Source: Octopus sinensis (lineage: Eukaryota). Taken from it: a DNA stretch of 9,969 bases. Of the stretch, positions 8,069 through 9,969 are shown piece after piece. The translations under genes and the position numbers were made by a program. Under the pieces are notes generated by a model that saw nothing but the letters and a program-made list of their open reading frames with translations, was not told the origin of the DNA and ran no database searches. Position 1 is the first letter of the stretch. Each line of letters starts with the position of its first letter. The stretch spans positions 1 to 9,969 of the forward strand of contig NW_021827655.1 of assembly GCF_006345805.1 (NCBI RefSeq), written 5' to 3'.

Positions 8069-8431
8069 AATAAACTTATATGTTGAAGTGAATCGAACGG
8101 CTTTTGTGTGTTTCTTAAAGGCTTATAACACCTTCCACGCTGCAATGTTTTCGTTTCAGCACACGATCTCAGATCAAATTACTTGCTATGCGAGTACATC
8201 TCCGTAACATATATATATATATATATAAATTTGTAACCGGGAGTCTTTTGATGTAATTTCAAGGAATAATGAACATCGAAGACAATTTTTTTTTCCTGGA
8301 GGGCTAAGGCTCATAAGCACGGTTACCTAGTTTCCGTTGAGTATAAGGGATCGAGATAACAACAACCCCTTAAACAGGACCCTGGTCTGTTTCAGTGTTC
8401 GAGGTCAGCGATTTTGAGAGGAGAGGACGAG

Positions 8432-8560
8432 TGGACTACATAGATCCCCCCTCCACCATCTAACTGGTTACTTTATTTTGTCGACTTCGAAAGAGTGAAA
8501 GACAAAGTCGATCTCAGTGGGGGTTGAACTCAGAACGTAAAGACGTGAAAGATGTGCCGC
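8432..8560 (-). mobile_element. SINE family 2, copy A (degenerate)
   Basis: AACTGGTTACTTTATTTTGTCGAC..GAAAG.GTGAAAGACAAAGTCGATCTC...TTGAACTCAGAACGTAAAGAC is similar to 4580-4660 and 8618-8690. Confidence 0.8.
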
Positions 8561-8744
8561 ACAAGGTCTGACATTTTGGGGGAGGGGTCCAGTTGAATAT
8601 ATCGATCCAAGTACTCAACGGGTACTTTATTTTATCGACCTCAAAAGGAGGTTCTTTGGCGGAATTTGGTCTCAGAACGTAAAGCCGGAAGAAATGCCGC
8701 GAACATTTTGTCCGGCGTACTAACAATTCTGCCAGCTCGCTGCC
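8559..8744 (-). mobile_element. SINE family 2, copy B
   Basis: Tail GCACAAGG...TTTTGGGGGAGGGG.CCAGT as at 9707-9735. Head on the minus strand reads GGCAGCGAGCTGGCAGAATTGTTAGTACGCCGG, which is A-box-like. Confidence 0.85.
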
Positions 8745-8958
8745 TTAATAATGGTCAAATTTTGGCACAAGGCCAGCATTTTCGGCAAGATCGGGGGTCG
8801 GGGATTAAGTTGATTACATCGACCCAAATGCTCAACTGGTGCTTATTTTATCGACCCAGAAAGAATGAAAGAAAGACAAAGCAGAATTTGAACCTAGACG
8901 GAAGAAATCTTGCGAAACATTTTGTCCGACATGTTAATGATTCTGCCACTTCGCCGCC
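8745..8958 (-). mobile_element. SINE family 2, copy C
   Basis: GGCACAAGGCC...ATCGACCC...CAACTGGTGCTTATTTTATCGACCC...GAATTTGAAC...ACATTTTGTCCG...ATTCTGCCA is colinear with copy B. Confidence 0.85.
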
Positions 8959-9410
8959 ATTAGTAATGCCTCTAAAGGAAATATTTTTCAACGTTTATAT
9001 TGAATTATAGCTTAAACATCCTCTGCCTCTAATACGAATGTGTATGTGTTAGCAATCTGTGTTTTGTTTTTAACATGATATACTAAATCATAATTTTTGT
9101 TAAGTTTAATATGTGAATTGTTATATTTTTTAATAAAACAGTAAATATAAAAGCAAAACTCGAGAGATAGCATGATGTCTTGCACATGTCGTTGAAATTG
9201 CACTACGAACGATCCCGTTTTTGGCAAGTGGAATGTGCCATTCCATAGAAGTATATGAAAATGATCAGTTCTTTCTGTTGTTCATCTCGCTGATGTTCAA
9301 GTTTGCAGTAAAACTTCTTGGTGCGAGATAATATATTTTAACTGAACACACACGCACACACCATTAGCAAGCACAACGCGCTATGAAAAAGTCAGATAAA
9401 AAACAACATA

Positions 9411-9500
9411 GCCATGGCTGTATGCTTAAGGTGCTTGCAACCACGTGATTTCTGGTTCAGTCCCACGGCTCGGTACTTAGGGCGAGTGTCTTCTACTACA
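9411..9500 (+). mobile_element. SINE family 1, head-only fragment
   Basis: B-box GGTTCAGTCCC at 9454-9464 followed by CTTAGGGCGAGTGTCTTCTACTA, matching 2224-2265 and the reverse complement of 4015-4061. Confidence 0.85.
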
Positions 9501-9689
9501 ATGCTTCTCAAATTATCTGTTGCGGCGTACCAGCAGTTTTTTTTTCTTCTTTCCAATGTACCAGAGACCGGTAATATTTCTTAGTAATATTAATTTATAC
9601 CGGAAAAAATATATATAATGGATATAATAAAAGTTGACAATTTTATAAAATTATCTTATATTCATTTTGTAAACAAATAATACAATATT

Positions 9690-9795
9690 ATTTTCTATTC
9701 TAGGCACAAGGCCCGAAATTTGGGGGGGGGCAGTCGATTAGATCGCAACTGGATTAGTCGATTAGATCACCAGTCGATTAGATCGCCAGTCGATT
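9690..9795 (-). mobile_element. SINE family 2, 3'-terminal fragment with local tandem duplications
   Basis: TTCTAGGCACAAGGCCCGAAATTTGGGGGGGGGCAGTCGATTAGATCG matches the tails of copies B and C. AGTCGATTAGATC is repeated three times plus a partial copy. Confidence 0.8.
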
Positions 9796-9803
9796 TGAGC
9801 GCA

Positions 9804-9804
9804 A

Positions 9805-9868
<64 letters not shown>
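9804..9868. repeat. (TA)n microsatellite
   Basis: Direct reading. Confidence 0.95.
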
Positions 9869-9872
<4 letters not shown>

Positions 9873-9969
9873 TATCTTGTTTGCTGAATAGAAAGAAACT
9901 GCAGTCTGAGAATTTTCCGGTTTAGTAAATGTTTTTATCTTCATTTCACTTAATTTATCAAGCTTCTGT

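Larger units (their letters stand above)
7871..8208 (+). mobile_element. Fold-back insertion; probably a Penelope-like element pseudo-LTR in inverted arrangement (alternative: MITE)
   Basis: Arms 7875-8005 and 8016-8146 are reverse complements with 3 substitutions and 3 small indels around a 10-nt loop. A ~60-bp unpaired tail follows on the right only. (TA)n tracts lie on both sides (7861-7870 and 8209-8226). Each arm carries a hammerhead-like motif. The inverted repeat is certain; the Penelope-like assignment is inferred. Confidence 0.6.

Noticed and set aside
9284-9329. Hairpin ATCTCGC/GCGAGAT enclosing CTGATG and AAGTTT/AAACTT
   Set aside because: The core reads CTGATGT, there is no GAAA, and the would-be cleavage nucleotide is G. 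No ribozyme support.

Overview
Repeat-dense, apparently non-coding eukaryotic DNA. The SINE-like repeats match my recollection of octopus (coleoid cephalopod) genomic repeats; this is not database-verified. No protein-coding gene is supported: the long ORFs are by-products of low-complexity or tandem repeats. The window holds copies of two tRNA-derived SINE families, two unrelated 23-bp minisatellites with higher-order structure, large microsatellite fields, and a 106-bp palindrome built on a (TA)n tract. The most interesting feature is a ~340-bp insert between (TA)n tracts at 7871-8208. It is a 131-bp head-to-head inverted duplication, and each arm begins with a minimal type I hammerhead-ribozyme-like fold. 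That fold has a swapped G3:C8 core pair, a 5-bp stem II, GAAA, and a palindromic AATATT stem III. A putative 72-nt intron and a short ATG tail follow. The architecture resembles the pseudo-LTR of a Penelope-like element, whose minimal hammerheads cleave as dimers. The ribozyme and Penelope-like element calls are inferences that need testing.
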